Assembly (NCBI GenBank): GCA_964509345.1
Contig: CAZDWY010000009.1
Span: 3,119 to 67,118 of the forward strand
Length of the DNA stretch: 64,000 bases
Source of the DNA: an uncultured Alistipes sp.
GTDB lineage: Bacteria > Bacteroidota > Bacteroidia > Bacteroidales > Muribaculaceae
Direction: 5' to 3'
Shown here: positions 18,413 to 27,052 of the stretch, piece after piece
Numbering within the stretch: position 1 is the stretch's first letter
Layout of the letters: every line of letters begins with the position of its first letter
Made by a program: the position numbers and the translations under genes
The notes under the pieces: generated by a model
The model's input: the letters and a program-made list of their open reading frames with translations, nothing else
What the model was told of the DNA's origin: nothing
Database searches by the model: none

Positions 18413-19084
18413 TCAGTCAATGAGCCCCTCCTTAAAGCGATTTACAGAGTATAATGAGAGTAGCATAAGAAGAAGTGTGAAAATTATAGCGCCACATATG
18501 ATGCCGTTGTAGGCTTGCGGTACGCTTTGCATATAGTAGACAGCCAATACTCCCAAAGCTATAAGACCTAAAACTATGCGCCTGCGCCATGTGCCTTCCA
18601 GACATATGGCAGCAGTGAACAGATAGGCATTCAGACCAGCTATATACCAGGGGATGGTAGTCAGCATCACATGTAATGTCATTTCCGCAGTAACTACCCC
18701 ATAATAATAGATGCCTATAATCAGTGCCTGAACAATGTATATCAGCAGACACTGAATCAATCCGGCACAGATCATTGTAAATATTAGTTTATTTTGCGGA
18801 TAGGGGAGATGCAGTGTCAGTTTGAGCCTCTTCTGCTGGGTTTCGGGGCTCATCTGTGCAACTCCAAGCGCAAGACCTATGACGGGAGGCAGATATTTGA
18901 TGGCATCTATGAAGGTCTGATCCTTCATAAGCATTATCAACCATATGTGCTCAACGCCGTGGGAGGTACCAACACGTCGGATACACATAATGGCGTATAT
19001 AGCGAATATGATCGCTACAAGAAGACTTACCCAGAATACACGCCTTGTCTTGATAAGCTCCTTGAAAAATATAGCTTGTGTCAT
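18413..19084 (-). CDS. Six-TM membrane protein, putative ABC-2-type permease
   Basis: 223 aa and about 6 hydrophobic helices, immediately downstream of the ABC ATPase. The role is assigned from topology and context only. Confidence 0.55.
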   Translation of the reverse strand: MTQAIFFKELIKTRRVFWVSLLVAIIFAIYAIMCIRRVGTSHGVEHIWLIMLMKDQTFIDAIKYLPPVIGLALGVAQMSPETQQKRLKLTLHLPYPQNKLIFTMICAGLIQCLLIYIVQALIIGIYYYGVVTAEMTLHVMLTTIPWYIAGLNAYLFTAAICLEGTWRRRIVLGLIALGVLAVYYMQSVPQAYNGIICGAIIFTLLLMLLSLYSVNRFKEGLID

Positions 19085-19136
19085 ATAAATCTGTTGTAGG
19101 GATTGGTGTTTTTGAATTGATTTTTCATTTGCTGGG

Positions 19137-20033
19137 TTAGTACCTACCTGTAAGTCCTATAAAAGCGTCTTCAAGTGAGGCCGGAGCCTCGCTTCTAAGA
19201 TCAGTAGGTCTGATTCCTTGATTTTCAAGCAGCTGTAGCACATCGGTTTCAGGCAGAAATGAATAAAATTCATTTTCGTCACCAGTATGCCACGGACTGA
19301 ATATTCCTTCTCCTGAAGGAAGGGATCCATCGGAATATGAATACCGGCGTAATGTTGTCATGAGCTCGTTGACAGGCATTTGCGTAAGAATCCGTCCGTA
19401 ATCCATGATAATACAATCGTCAACCAGGCGTTCAAGATCCTGTATAATATGTGAAGTCATAAAGACTGTTTTACCTTCGTTTTTCACAAAATCACGGAGG
19501 TATTCGATGAACAGACGGCGATAACCCGGATCAAGACCGAGTGAAAAGTCATCAAGGACGAGCAGGTCGGCATTCTGAGCGAGAATCAATCCCAATGCTA
19601 CCTGGGAGCGTTGACCGTTTGACATTGAAGAGATTTTCTGCTCAGGAGTTACTTTCAACTTTTTCATCAGACCGTAATAGGCATCGCTGTTCCATTTGGG
19701 GTGAAATTGCGAATAGAAACGCTCAATCTGTCTGATTGTCATGAATGAATATTGAACATGACCTTCCAGCAGGAGTGCGATACGACTGCGGGTGGATGCA
19801 GATATTTTAGTGATATCTTCTCCGAATATTTTACATTCTCCACTTTGAGGTTTAAGAAAGCCCATCAAAATATTGATGGTGGTTGTTTTTCCAGTGCCGT
19901 TTTTTCCGAGAAGACCCAATATGCGTCCTCGAGGCACTTCAAACGACAGATTCTCATATATGATACGACCTTTCCCGTAACGTTGGGTAAGGTTTTTCAC
20001 TGAGATAACAGATGTTTCAGGCTGATTGCTCAT
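19137..20033 (-). CDS. ABC transporter ATP-binding protein (ABC-2/DrrA-like) with variant catalytic motifs
   Basis: Walker A GKNGTGKTT and H-loop TSHIIQD are present. The signature reads MSNGQRSQ and Walker B reads LLVLDDF, with Asp where the catalytic Glu normally sits. There is a C-terminal extension of about 70 aa. Confidence 0.85.
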   Translation of the reverse strand: MSNQPETSVISVKNLTQRYGKGRIIYENLSFEVPRGRILGLLGKNGTGKTTTINILMGFLKPQSGECKIFGEDITKISASTRSRIALLLEGHVQYSFMTIRQIERFYSQFHPKWNSDAYYGLMKKLKVTPEQKISSMSNGQRSQVALGLILAQNADLLVLDDFSLGLDPGYRRLFIEYLRDFVKNEGKTVFMTSHIIQDLERLVDDCIIMDYGRILTQMPVNELMTTLRRYSYSDGSLPSGEGIFSPWHTGDENEFYSFLPETDVLQLLENQGIRPTDLRSEAPASLEDAFIGLTGRY

Positions 20034-20054
20034 TTATTGGTTGATTATATTTTA

Positions 20055-20062
20055 CAAAAGTA
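20055..20062 (-). promoter_or_regulatory. -7 box TACTTTTG (minus strand) upstream of the ABC ATPase gene
   Basis: TAnnTTTG match 22 nt upstream of the ATG at 20033. It could be an internal promoter within the cluster. Confidence 0.35.
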
Positions 20063-20114
20063 AGCAACTTTTTCTTATTTAACTGCATGTATGCTTTTAA
20101 AATCGATCTTAGGG

Positions 20115-21665
20115 TTAGAATTTTAGCCCTGCGGTCAGTTCAGTAGCGATAGCATTTCCATAATTCTGATAATGGGTATTATGACATCTTATTCCGAAGT
20201 TCAATGCCATACCGGTTGTCAGGAGTATGTCTGTTTCAATCTGTCCGCCATATTGAGTTGCCGCGCTTGACAGCATTGAGAAGTTATGACTGACGGATGC
20301 TCCTATCATTGAATTAGGGTCTAATCCAGGGAGAGATTCATTCTTTTTTGTAATAAAGCTATGATTGCCATATATTTTAAGTGCAAGAAGCAACGATTTT
20401 GAAGTATTCCATTCAACCGACATCAAAAGTTGTGGAGTACAGAATGTTACATGCGTATATCTTCTGGGTTTCCGGTAGTTTTCGTGGTCATATGCCATTG
20501 AAACACTTGGAATGAGTTCCATACGTGTTCTTTTCCGGATACATACAGACAAGGGGATGTCTAAATTTGCCAAAGCCCGGTCGTGATAATAATTTCTGCG
20601 ATACCCGATTCTTGGATAATGATTACCGACTGCACTTCCGTAGAGATTCTCAAATCCGAGTTGTCTTCGGACATTTATCGTTAGCCGAGGAGAACATACG
20701 ATGTCCCTTATCCTTATCTTATATCCTAACCGAATGCCGGCAAAATAATTTCCGGCGCGGGTGAGTTCAAGATTGTTGAAATTCCGCAGTATTTGTTTCA
20801 CCGGGAGATAATGAAATGACATATTAATAAAGCCACCTCGCAGCGATGTGTCAAATAGATTGATCTCAGTGCCTATGCCGAATGCATTATATGCGGTGCT
20901 GTTATTGGTATTACCACTGAACCGTGGGTTATAGTTTCCCAGTCCGAGTAATGCGAAGGTTTTGATTTCATTATTAGGATTATAAAATGTGACATCACTT
21001 TCCTGATTATAGACTCTAATATCAGCTCCGATGCCTACAGAATATGTGGAAAACAGACATCGTGACGCTCCAAGTCTGACAGCCAGGTCAGATACAATGA
21101 TTTTATCGCGTGGATCCCGGTTCCTGTAATCAATGGAGGCAGCATAGCTTACAAATGCGCCCCAGGTCCAGCCGTTATTTTCTCCGGCGTAGCCACCTGA
21201 AAAACTATATCTCTGTGATGTTAAATCTCCTCCGACGGAATCAGCAAGAACATATGGACCTATCAAATCGAAGTCAGCGGAATTATTCCATCTGATATTC
21301 CGGAATGTGCCGCTTTTGAATTGAGCTGCCCCCCATACTACAGCCTTCGAATTCAGTCGCATATATGAGGATGCGTCGACATAGCCAAACATATGTCCGG
21401 TTCCGGTCTGAATCATGTACGCATTATCACTATTGAGGTATTCTCCGCGAAGTGAAAATCCTGATATAGAGTATGAGCGTGCATAAAACATTGCTGAGGG
21501 ATTATTACCCACGGAGATATTGGCAAACTTATTCTCCTCGGATCTATCTGCGGAGATTCGTTCCAGCAGGCTGTTCGCCATATAATCATCTGTTTTATCT
21601 GCCGCAGATAAAGATAACCCACTGCTAAGTAGTACAACAGCAACTGATATGTTTTTATAAGCCAT
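20115..21665 (-). CDS. Outer-membrane beta-barrel protein, uncharacterised (DUF6850-like from memory)
   Basis: Signal peptide MAYKNISVAVVLLSSGLSLSAAD, alternating beta-strand pattern rich in Gly/Tyr/Asn, and a C-terminal ...TAGLKF aromatic OMP signature. Confidence 0.6.
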   Translation of the reverse strand: MAYKNISVAVVLLSSGLSLSAADKTDDYMANSLLERISADRSEENKFANISVGNNPSAMFYARSYSISGFSLRGEYLNSDNAYMIQTGTGHMFGYVDASSYMRLNSKAVVWGAAQFKSGTFRNIRWNNSADFDLIGPYVLADSVGGDLTSQRYSFSGGYAGENNGWTWGAFVSYAASIDYRNRDPRDKIIVSDLAVRLGASRCLFSTYSVGIGADIRVYNQESDVTFYNPNNEIKTFALLGLGNYNPRFSGNTNNSTAYNAFGIGTEINLFDTSLRGGFINMSFHYLPVKQILRNFNNLELTRAGNYFAGIRLGYKIRIRDIVCSPRLTINVRRQLGFENLYGSAVGNHYPRIGYRRNYYHDRALANLDIPLSVCIRKRTRMELIPSVSMAYDHENYRKPRRYTHVTFCTPQLLMSVEWNTSKSLLLALKIYGNHSFITKKNESLPGLDPNSMIGASVSHNFSMLSSAATQYGGQIETDILLTTGMALNFGIRCHNTHYQNYGNAIATELTAGLKF

Positions 21666-21690
21666 ATTTCTCGTTTGAGACAGATAAACT

Positions 21691-22929
21691 TTAATCGGTC
21701 TGTGAGGATATCACGATGAAGTCAGCTTTAGAGTCGTTCGTATCTTGAAAAATCACACGGTCATCTGAAGTTGTGGTAGCGACTTTTCGGCGGAAAATGC
21801 GACCGAAACGGTTCGGATCTGAATTTCTGTCGGATATGCACGCATAGCTTATGTCGATATTGTTGCCGAGTGCTCCATATATATAGGCCTCCGAGTTTCC
21901 GAGATTTACACCGTCAATTATCCAGGAATTTGGGATGAGATATGCGCGGTCATTGTGCATCTGCGTACCAATAGTTGATATATAATCATATCCACCATGA
22001 TATTGGCTAAGGTACTCTTCGGAAGTCATGCCATCAGGGAATTTAACCAGTGCATATGACCTGTTACATTGATTCGACATTATCCAAATGGTATTGGAGT
22101 AACAATACCATTTGGATAAATTGGGAACAGAGGGACTGTCAGTGTCCTGCGCGTTGTCATCATACCATTCGAAATCGGCATCTCTATGATCAAAAGCGCC
22201 TGAGACCTGAGTGCTCCAGTCAATAGCCTGATCAACGATTTTTAGAGATTTACCAGGTTCAATTGGAAAATCGGTTCCACTGCCGGGAATTACCCATATA
22301 GTGGCAGCTGTGAAATTTTTCTGGCGATCGTTGGCTTCTGTCAGTATCTCGTAAGTACTTGCTTTTGCATTGACAAGAGCAGATTCGACTATGCCAAGCC
22401 CATCGGCGTATATAGTTTGATCAGTATTATTGTAAATTTTAAAGTAACTGTCGCGGATTCCTCCCGTTGCAGTCGCGTTTGGAGAACCTGTCGCATATAT
22501 TTCTGAAAAGATGAGGGTGCCACCAGGATTGGAGAAGAACCATTCCAGATGTAAAGAAATTGGGCTGGATATAGTAACAGATGTACCTGCTACACGGAGC
22601 GTTTTTTCTACAGAAGTGCCTGTCTCTTCATCATGTGAATCAAATCTGATGGTTCCTTCGTAATCATATATTCCGAGAGGTACGCTACCAAGTTCCTCGG
22701 CAAATGGATCAATACGGTAGACCGATCCCGTATTGAGTTCGGTCATGGTTATAACAGCCGATTTTATAGAGGGAACACCTTCTGGGAGCTTATTAATAAA
22801 CGCAATTGGTATGCTATCGGCAACATCATCATCTTTATCATCGATACATGATGACAGGAGCAGGGGTGCCGAAAGAACTAATAATATTCTTCTCAACGTA
22901 TTCTTTTGTATATTCATATTATTTGACAA
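21691..22929 (-). CDS. Surface lipoprotein with an LTD-like segment (DUF4876-like from memory)
   Basis: Lipobox LLLSSCIDDKDDD. Residues ~138-181, LIFSEIYATGSP...DSYFKIYNNTDQTIYADGLGI, resemble the lamin-tail-domain pattern I-x-E-I...E/Y-F-x-E/I-Y-N...V/Y-D/A-L/G. Confidence 0.6.
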   Translation of the reverse strand: MSNNMNIQKNTLRRILLVLSAPLLLSSCIDDKDDDVADSIPIAFINKLPEGVPSIKSAVITMTELNTGSVYRIDPFAEELGSVPLGIYDYEGTIRFDSHDEETGTSVEKTLRVAGTSVTISSPISLHLEWFFSNPGGTLIFSEIYATGSPNATATGGIRDSYFKIYNNTDQTIYADGLGIVESALVNAKASTYEILTEANDRQKNFTAATIWVIPGSGTDFPIEPGKSLKIVDQAIDWSTQVSGAFDHRDADFEWYDDNAQDTDSPSVPNLSKWYCYSNTIWIMSNQCNRSYALVKFPDGMTSEEYLSQYHGGYDYISTIGTQMHNDRAYLIPNSWIIDGVNLGNSEAYIYGALGNNIDISYACISDRNSDPNRFGRIFRRKVATTTSDDRVIFQDTNDSKADFIVISSQTD

Positions 22930-22934
22930 TCATA

Positions 22935-25715
22935 TTAAAATTTCAAGTTAAGTTCCATACCGAAATATGGCGAGGTGTACCTGCGTTGCAGGGTTCCATA
23001 CAGGTAATAATCCGGTGTTATGCTTAGGAGACGATTTACATATATGGCTATTCCGATGCGGTCGTTCCAGAGTTTTTTTGTAGCTTTTATATTAAATGTA
23101 GTGGCAACCGGTACCTTGCGTGCTTCAAATGCCGTAGCGGAATATTCGCGGATAAGCTGGCTGAGATAGGGGTCGTCTGCCATCCCAGGAGTGAAAGGAA
23201 TAACTTCACCATCTACACCCATATAGAATTCAGGAATCCCGTTCTTAAATAGAGTTTGCTGTGATGTAAACCACATGTTTTGGATTGCGATTGAAAAGTT
23301 CAGTCCAAGACGTGGAACATCGGTATCAAACATGAAGTTAGTATTAAATGACTGATACACGCTGCCTTCTTTATCATCGTAAAAACCTGCGAAAGGAAGT
23401 TCAACTCCGTTTACAATAGTGTTTGGTTTATACCATAATCCTACACTATTGGAAAGAGTTGTTCTGAACCAAGCACCACTGACAGTAGCACGCGTTCGTA
23501 TGACCGGTATACGGCATGAGGAGAATGTGAACTCAACCCCTTCTTTCTTTACCCGAGAGCTATTGGACGCATGACTTACAGATGCAAGCCGCTGTTCTAT
23601 CTGCCAAGGCAATTCCTCGATAACGGGTGCATGACCCGTTTCCTCGGGATTGTATCCGGATGCGTCGTAGCGACGATATTCATATATATGTATGAACGGT
23701 GCCTGTCGGAAAGCATCTTTCATGTCTTCCCGGAAATATGTGACTGACAGACGATTGTTGCGATATGTGATGTCGCCGCGAACTTCCCATTTGAAGTTGC
23801 GCGCTGCCCGTAGATTGTAATTGGTTATATCCTCCACAAACGTATATACATTCATGGCGCGGTATTCTTCTTCGTTGTGAAAATAATTGAGCTGCACATA
23901 ATCGGTATATCTCGTATCCGGAAACAGATAAGCTGCTACCGGCATTTTAGTATGCCATCCGAAGCCAGTTCCGATTTCCCAACCGATCGGATATTCTTTA
24001 ACGAAAAGTTGAGGAAGGGTCCATTTGGCATTGATGCGTGGGTCAAAATATGGTTTGTTGTTAAGGTAATACCGGTTTCCAAGGTTCAACAACTGAGTTT
24101 CCCGTACACCAAGCTGCAATTCAATAAAATGATCTTCAAAATGAAATTCCGATGTGTTTTCTGCATATAACGAAAGCTGATTCATGCCTGGAATGTCGCT
24201 GAAAGCGCGTGGACGGGTTATGTTGCCAGCCACTATCGGACGCATGACATCGTATATCTGTCCTTTACCGAAATTCTTTGAATAATTGTATTCGCCACCT
24301 ATTTTCAGCTGATTGGTAATATGAATGAAGTCATATCTAAACTGTGAGGCGGCCTTTAGAACAGATGTAAAAGGCTTCCCATCCACATCAAGAACGGCCG
24401 TATATACCATAGGGAGGTAACCTACATAGTTTGAGCCTGGTTTAGTAGAGATTGGCATAGGATACAGGCGTGAGGATGCAATAGTTTTATCCTGATGCAG
24501 TTTTTCGGTGCTGTAACTCAGTCCGGCTGTAATTACCAACGACTGAAAAAAACGCTTTTGGGGTGCGATAAATGAGAGTGTGTTATCCCATGTGAAATTA
24601 TTGTTGTCGGAGGTAAAATAGTCGATAGTTCCGTTTACGGTAAGATCGGGATCGTTCTTATCACGTTCGAATGTACCGGTGTAATTCAATGATGTATTCC
24701 ATGTGGTTTTTATCCGAGTTCCATTCCAAGTTTTGGAAGACCTGATGGATCCGGTTACACGTTTGAAGTTCTCGCGGGTATTGCGTGGGTCAATTTTACT
24801 GTCGAGATAGTCTGCTGAAACATTTGTTGTCCAATCTTTTCCCGGCATATTGAAACCTTTTCCAAGAAAAAACAGTTGGCTCTGCATATCGGCCTTGAAT
24901 CGGACGTTCAGCCCCGATGCGCCGGACTTACGCTTGATATTTACCAGCCCTGATGTTACTTCACCATATTCTGCCGACGCGATTCCCCTGACAACTTCCA
25001 CACTTTCGATGTCGTCAGTAGATATGGATCGCATATCTACACCCTTTCCTGTAGTTAGACGCGATGTTCTGTCTGCATCGGCAGTGACTTGCATATTTGC
25101 ATTAGTATTGACAGGAACACCGTCTACAACAAATGATGTTCCGAGCGAAGATGTATCGAAGCCATCATTGGATGCGTTGCCAGCCTGTCTTAGATTTGCG
25201 AGATTGGCTTTTCCCATTTCAGGATCCTTGCTTACAGATCCTGGAAGTAATTCCATGAGATCTGTAAAACTCGATGGTTGAAGATGCTCCATAGCTTTAC
25301 GGTCAATCAGCGACGAGCTTGATATGCCTCTTCCTTCTCGTGCAGTGATAACGACTTCACCAATCTGTGTATATGAAGGTTTGAGCCTAAAGGTAAACGT
25401 CTGATCAATGTTCTTGCTCTCTATTTCGGTAGCGATGGGAGTAAACCCAACTGAGGAAATAGATAGATGCCATTTCCCTAAAGAGAGGGATGATGTTGTA
25501 AATACACCTTCAATATCGGTAAGCCCCCCTATATTCTCATCGCCATGTGTGAAGGCGACGGCAACAAACTCCAGAGGGGTACCGGTGTCACTGTCCTCTA
25601 CTTTTATCGACAGTGTATAAGCCTGCGCGGGATAAGATAATAATAGAAACAGAATCAGACACACCAAGGATGTCGGGACGTGTACATCGCGATGTTGTGC
25701 ACATGATTTTCTCAT
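22935..25715 (-). CDS. TonB-dependent receptor with a carboxypeptidase-regulatory-like N-domain
   Basis: 926 aa. The N-terminal YTLSIKVEDSDTGTPLEFVAVAF is a CarboxypepD_reg-like domain. The plug motif is DIESVEVVRGIASAEYGEVTSGLVNI. The C-terminus ends ...ELNLKF. Confidence 0.85.
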   Translation of the reverse strand: MRKSCAQHRDVHVPTSLVCLILFLLLSYPAQAYTLSIKVEDSDTGTPLEFVAVAFTHGDENIGGLTDIEGVFTTSSLSLGKWHLSISSVGFTPIATEIESKNIDQTFTFRLKPSYTQIGEVVITAREGRGISSSSLIDRKAMEHLQPSSFTDLMELLPGSVSKDPEMGKANLANLRQAGNASNDGFDTSSLGTSFVVDGVPVNTNANMQVTADADRTSRLTTGKGVDMRSISTDDIESVEVVRGIASAEYGEVTSGLVNIKRKSGASGLNVRFKADMQSQLFFLGKGFNMPGKDWTTNVSADYLDSKIDPRNTRENFKRVTGSIRSSKTWNGTRIKTTWNTSLNYTGTFERDKNDPDLTVNGTIDYFTSDNNNFTWDNTLSFIAPQKRFFQSLVITAGLSYSTEKLHQDKTIASSRLYPMPISTKPGSNYVGYLPMVYTAVLDVDGKPFTSVLKAASQFRYDFIHITNQLKIGGEYNYSKNFGKGQIYDVMRPIVAGNITRPRAFSDIPGMNQLSLYAENTSEFHFEDHFIELQLGVRETQLLNLGNRYYLNNKPYFDPRINAKWTLPQLFVKEYPIGWEIGTGFGWHTKMPVAAYLFPDTRYTDYVQLNYFHNEEEYRAMNVYTFVEDITNYNLRAARNFKWEVRGDITYRNNRLSVTYFREDMKDAFRQAPFIHIYEYRRYDASGYNPEETGHAPVIEELPWQIEQRLASVSHASNSSRVKKEGVEFTFSSCRIPVIRTRATVSGAWFRTTLSNSVGLWYKPNTIVNGVELPFAGFYDDKEGSVYQSFNTNFMFDTDVPRLGLNFSIAIQNMWFTSQQTLFKNGIPEFYMGVDGEVIPFTPGMADDPYLSQLIREYSATAFEARKVPVATTFNIKATKKLWNDRIGIAIYVNRLLSITPDYYLYGTLQRRYTSPYFGMELNLKF

Positions 25716-25815
25716 ATATGAGGGGTTCCTTTATAAAATATAATATACTGGTTCTATAATTAACTAATAACGTGGATTGATTGAATTTTATTGTCCTTTA
25801 GAAGATTATATTGTT

Positions 25816-26382
25816 TCAATATTCTTCATTGCCAAGTATGGTCTCCATTGTTTTTAGATCATACCGGAACCGTCTGTCAATATAAAAACCTATTATTGCT
25901 CCAATCAATCCACCGATAATTCCTCCAATCACACAACTATGGTCACCAGTATCATAAAATGTCCATAATATCATCGAAATCAGCGGGACAGCAAGAATAA
26001 TCAGGAAAATCTTACATCTGTTGCGTAGCTTAACAAAATACCTGATGAAACTGATGGCATTTACTGTGGGAATTGTGGCAAAATCAGTTTTGCGAAGTTT
26101 AAAAAACATATAGAGATTCAGTGTAATTGTAAGGAGCATGAAAACTTCATATGATATAACAAGCCATATTGGGAAAGGAATATGTTCCATAATTGCGAGC
26201 AAATATATCATAAACGTAAATCCGGCTACCGCCAAAATAAAAAGTCTGCGCATTATGCGCTGTTTTTCAGAAGTCGGAAGATGATGTGGGCTTTCGGGGG
26301 CGCCCCCGAAAGCAGGCGCCTCTATCGAGAGGCGCCTCCAGTTTTTGCGCAGCTGCTCAATATTATATTTGTCTGTATTCAT
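25816..26382 (-). CDS. Multi-pass membrane protein downstream of the ECF sigma gene (possible anti-sigma or sensor)
   Basis: 188 aa with a cytoplasmic N-terminus of about 46 aa followed by about 4 TM helices; not FecR-like. An alternative start at 26253 (MRRLFILAV...) would place the GC-rich palindromes in the intergenic spacer. Confidence 0.5.
   Translation of the reverse strand: MNTDKYNIEQLRKNWRRLSIEAPAFGGAPESPHHLPTSEKQRIMRRLFILAVAGFTFMIYLLAIMEHIPFPIWLVISYEVFMLLTITLNLYMFFKLRKTDFATIPTVNAISFIRYFVKLRNRCKIFLIILAVPLISMILWTFYDTGDHSCVIGGIIGGLIGAIIGFYIDRRFRYDLKTMETILGNEEY
26290..26337. repeat. Two adjacent GC-rich perfect palindromes (24 nt and 24 nt) containing three GGCGCC sites
   Basis: 26290-26313, gctttcgggggcgcccccgaaagc, is self-complementary. 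At 26314-26337, aggcgcctct-atcg-agaggcgcct forms a 10-bp stem with a 4-nt loop. The local GC content is far above the surrounding AT-rich sequence. Confidence 0.8.
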
Positions 26383-26431
26383 TTTATATGTATTGGCGAT
26401 TCTATGTAATAGGATAAGTCCGACAGTATTC

Positions 26432-26944
26432 TTAACTATCGCTCATTTTCATTAGCTTTTGCTTGCACCGGTGTAGTCTGGCTGCCACATTATTCCGTTG
26501 TAGGCCTGTTACCTCTCCTATTTCCTGATAGCTCTTTTCATCAAGCCACATCAGAATTATAGCTTTATCCAAAGCCGGAAGACGGTTAATAAGATTGTAC
26601 ATCTCCCGTAGGCAACTTGCATGCTCATGATCTTCACATGCCATGTCTGCAAGATCCATCATTTCCGGAGAACTTATTGAGAGATTCTGATCATGTTTGC
26701 GCGAGCGTCGGAAGCAGCTGATACAAGTGTTGATGCATATCCGGTAAATCCAGGTTGTAGCGGAACTTTCTCCCCGGAATTTTTCAAGTGATTGCCACAA
26801 ATTGATGAGGGTTTCCTGATATAGGTCATTGAAATGATCCGGATCACGGGCATACATATAACAGACTTTGGTGAGAACCGCTTTATTGTCTCTCACCAGA
26901 TTTTCAAACTCGATTTCTTTTTGTCTGTCCCTATTGTTATGCAT
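26432..26944 (-). CDS. RNA polymerase ECF-type sigma-70 factor
   Basis: Region 2 DLYQETLINLWQSLEKFRGESSATTWIYRICINTCI and region 4 LPALDKAIILMWLDEKSYQEIGEVTGLQRNNVAARLHRCKQKL. Confidence 0.9.
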   Translation of the reverse strand: MHNNRDRQKEIEFENLVRDNKAVLTKVCYMYARDPDHFNDLYQETLINLWQSLEKFRGESSATTWIYRICINTCISCFRRSRKHDQNLSISSPEMMDLADMACEDHEHASCLREMYNLINRLPALDKAIILMWLDEKSYQEIGEVTGLQRNNVAARLHRCKQKLMKMSDS

Positions 26945-26970
26945 GTATATCCCAGGACGCTACACTTACG

Positions 26971-26998
26971 TTAGTCGTACAAAGCCATGAAAAGTTGC
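26971..26998 (-). promoter_or_regulatory. Candidate ECF-sigma-type promoter GCAAC-N16-CGACTAA
   Basis: The minus strand reads atGCAACttttcatggctttgtaCGACTAAc, ending 26 nt upstream of the sigma gene ATG at 26944. It resembles the motifs at 1154-1183 and 16022-16050. Confidence 0.35.
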
Positions 26999-27052
26999 AT
27001 TACTGTCAATAAAATTATGAGAAATGGATTCATACATAATTATATAACACAT

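Noticed and set aside
16507-26944. Interpreting the TonB-dependent-receptor cluster as a polysaccharide utilisation locus or a FecIR-type iron uptake locus.
   Set aside because: There is no SusD-like lipoprotein, no glycoside hydrolase or lyase, no FecR-like anti-sigma factor and no periplasmic binding protein or importer-type ABC permease. I therefore reported it as an uncharacterised system instead.
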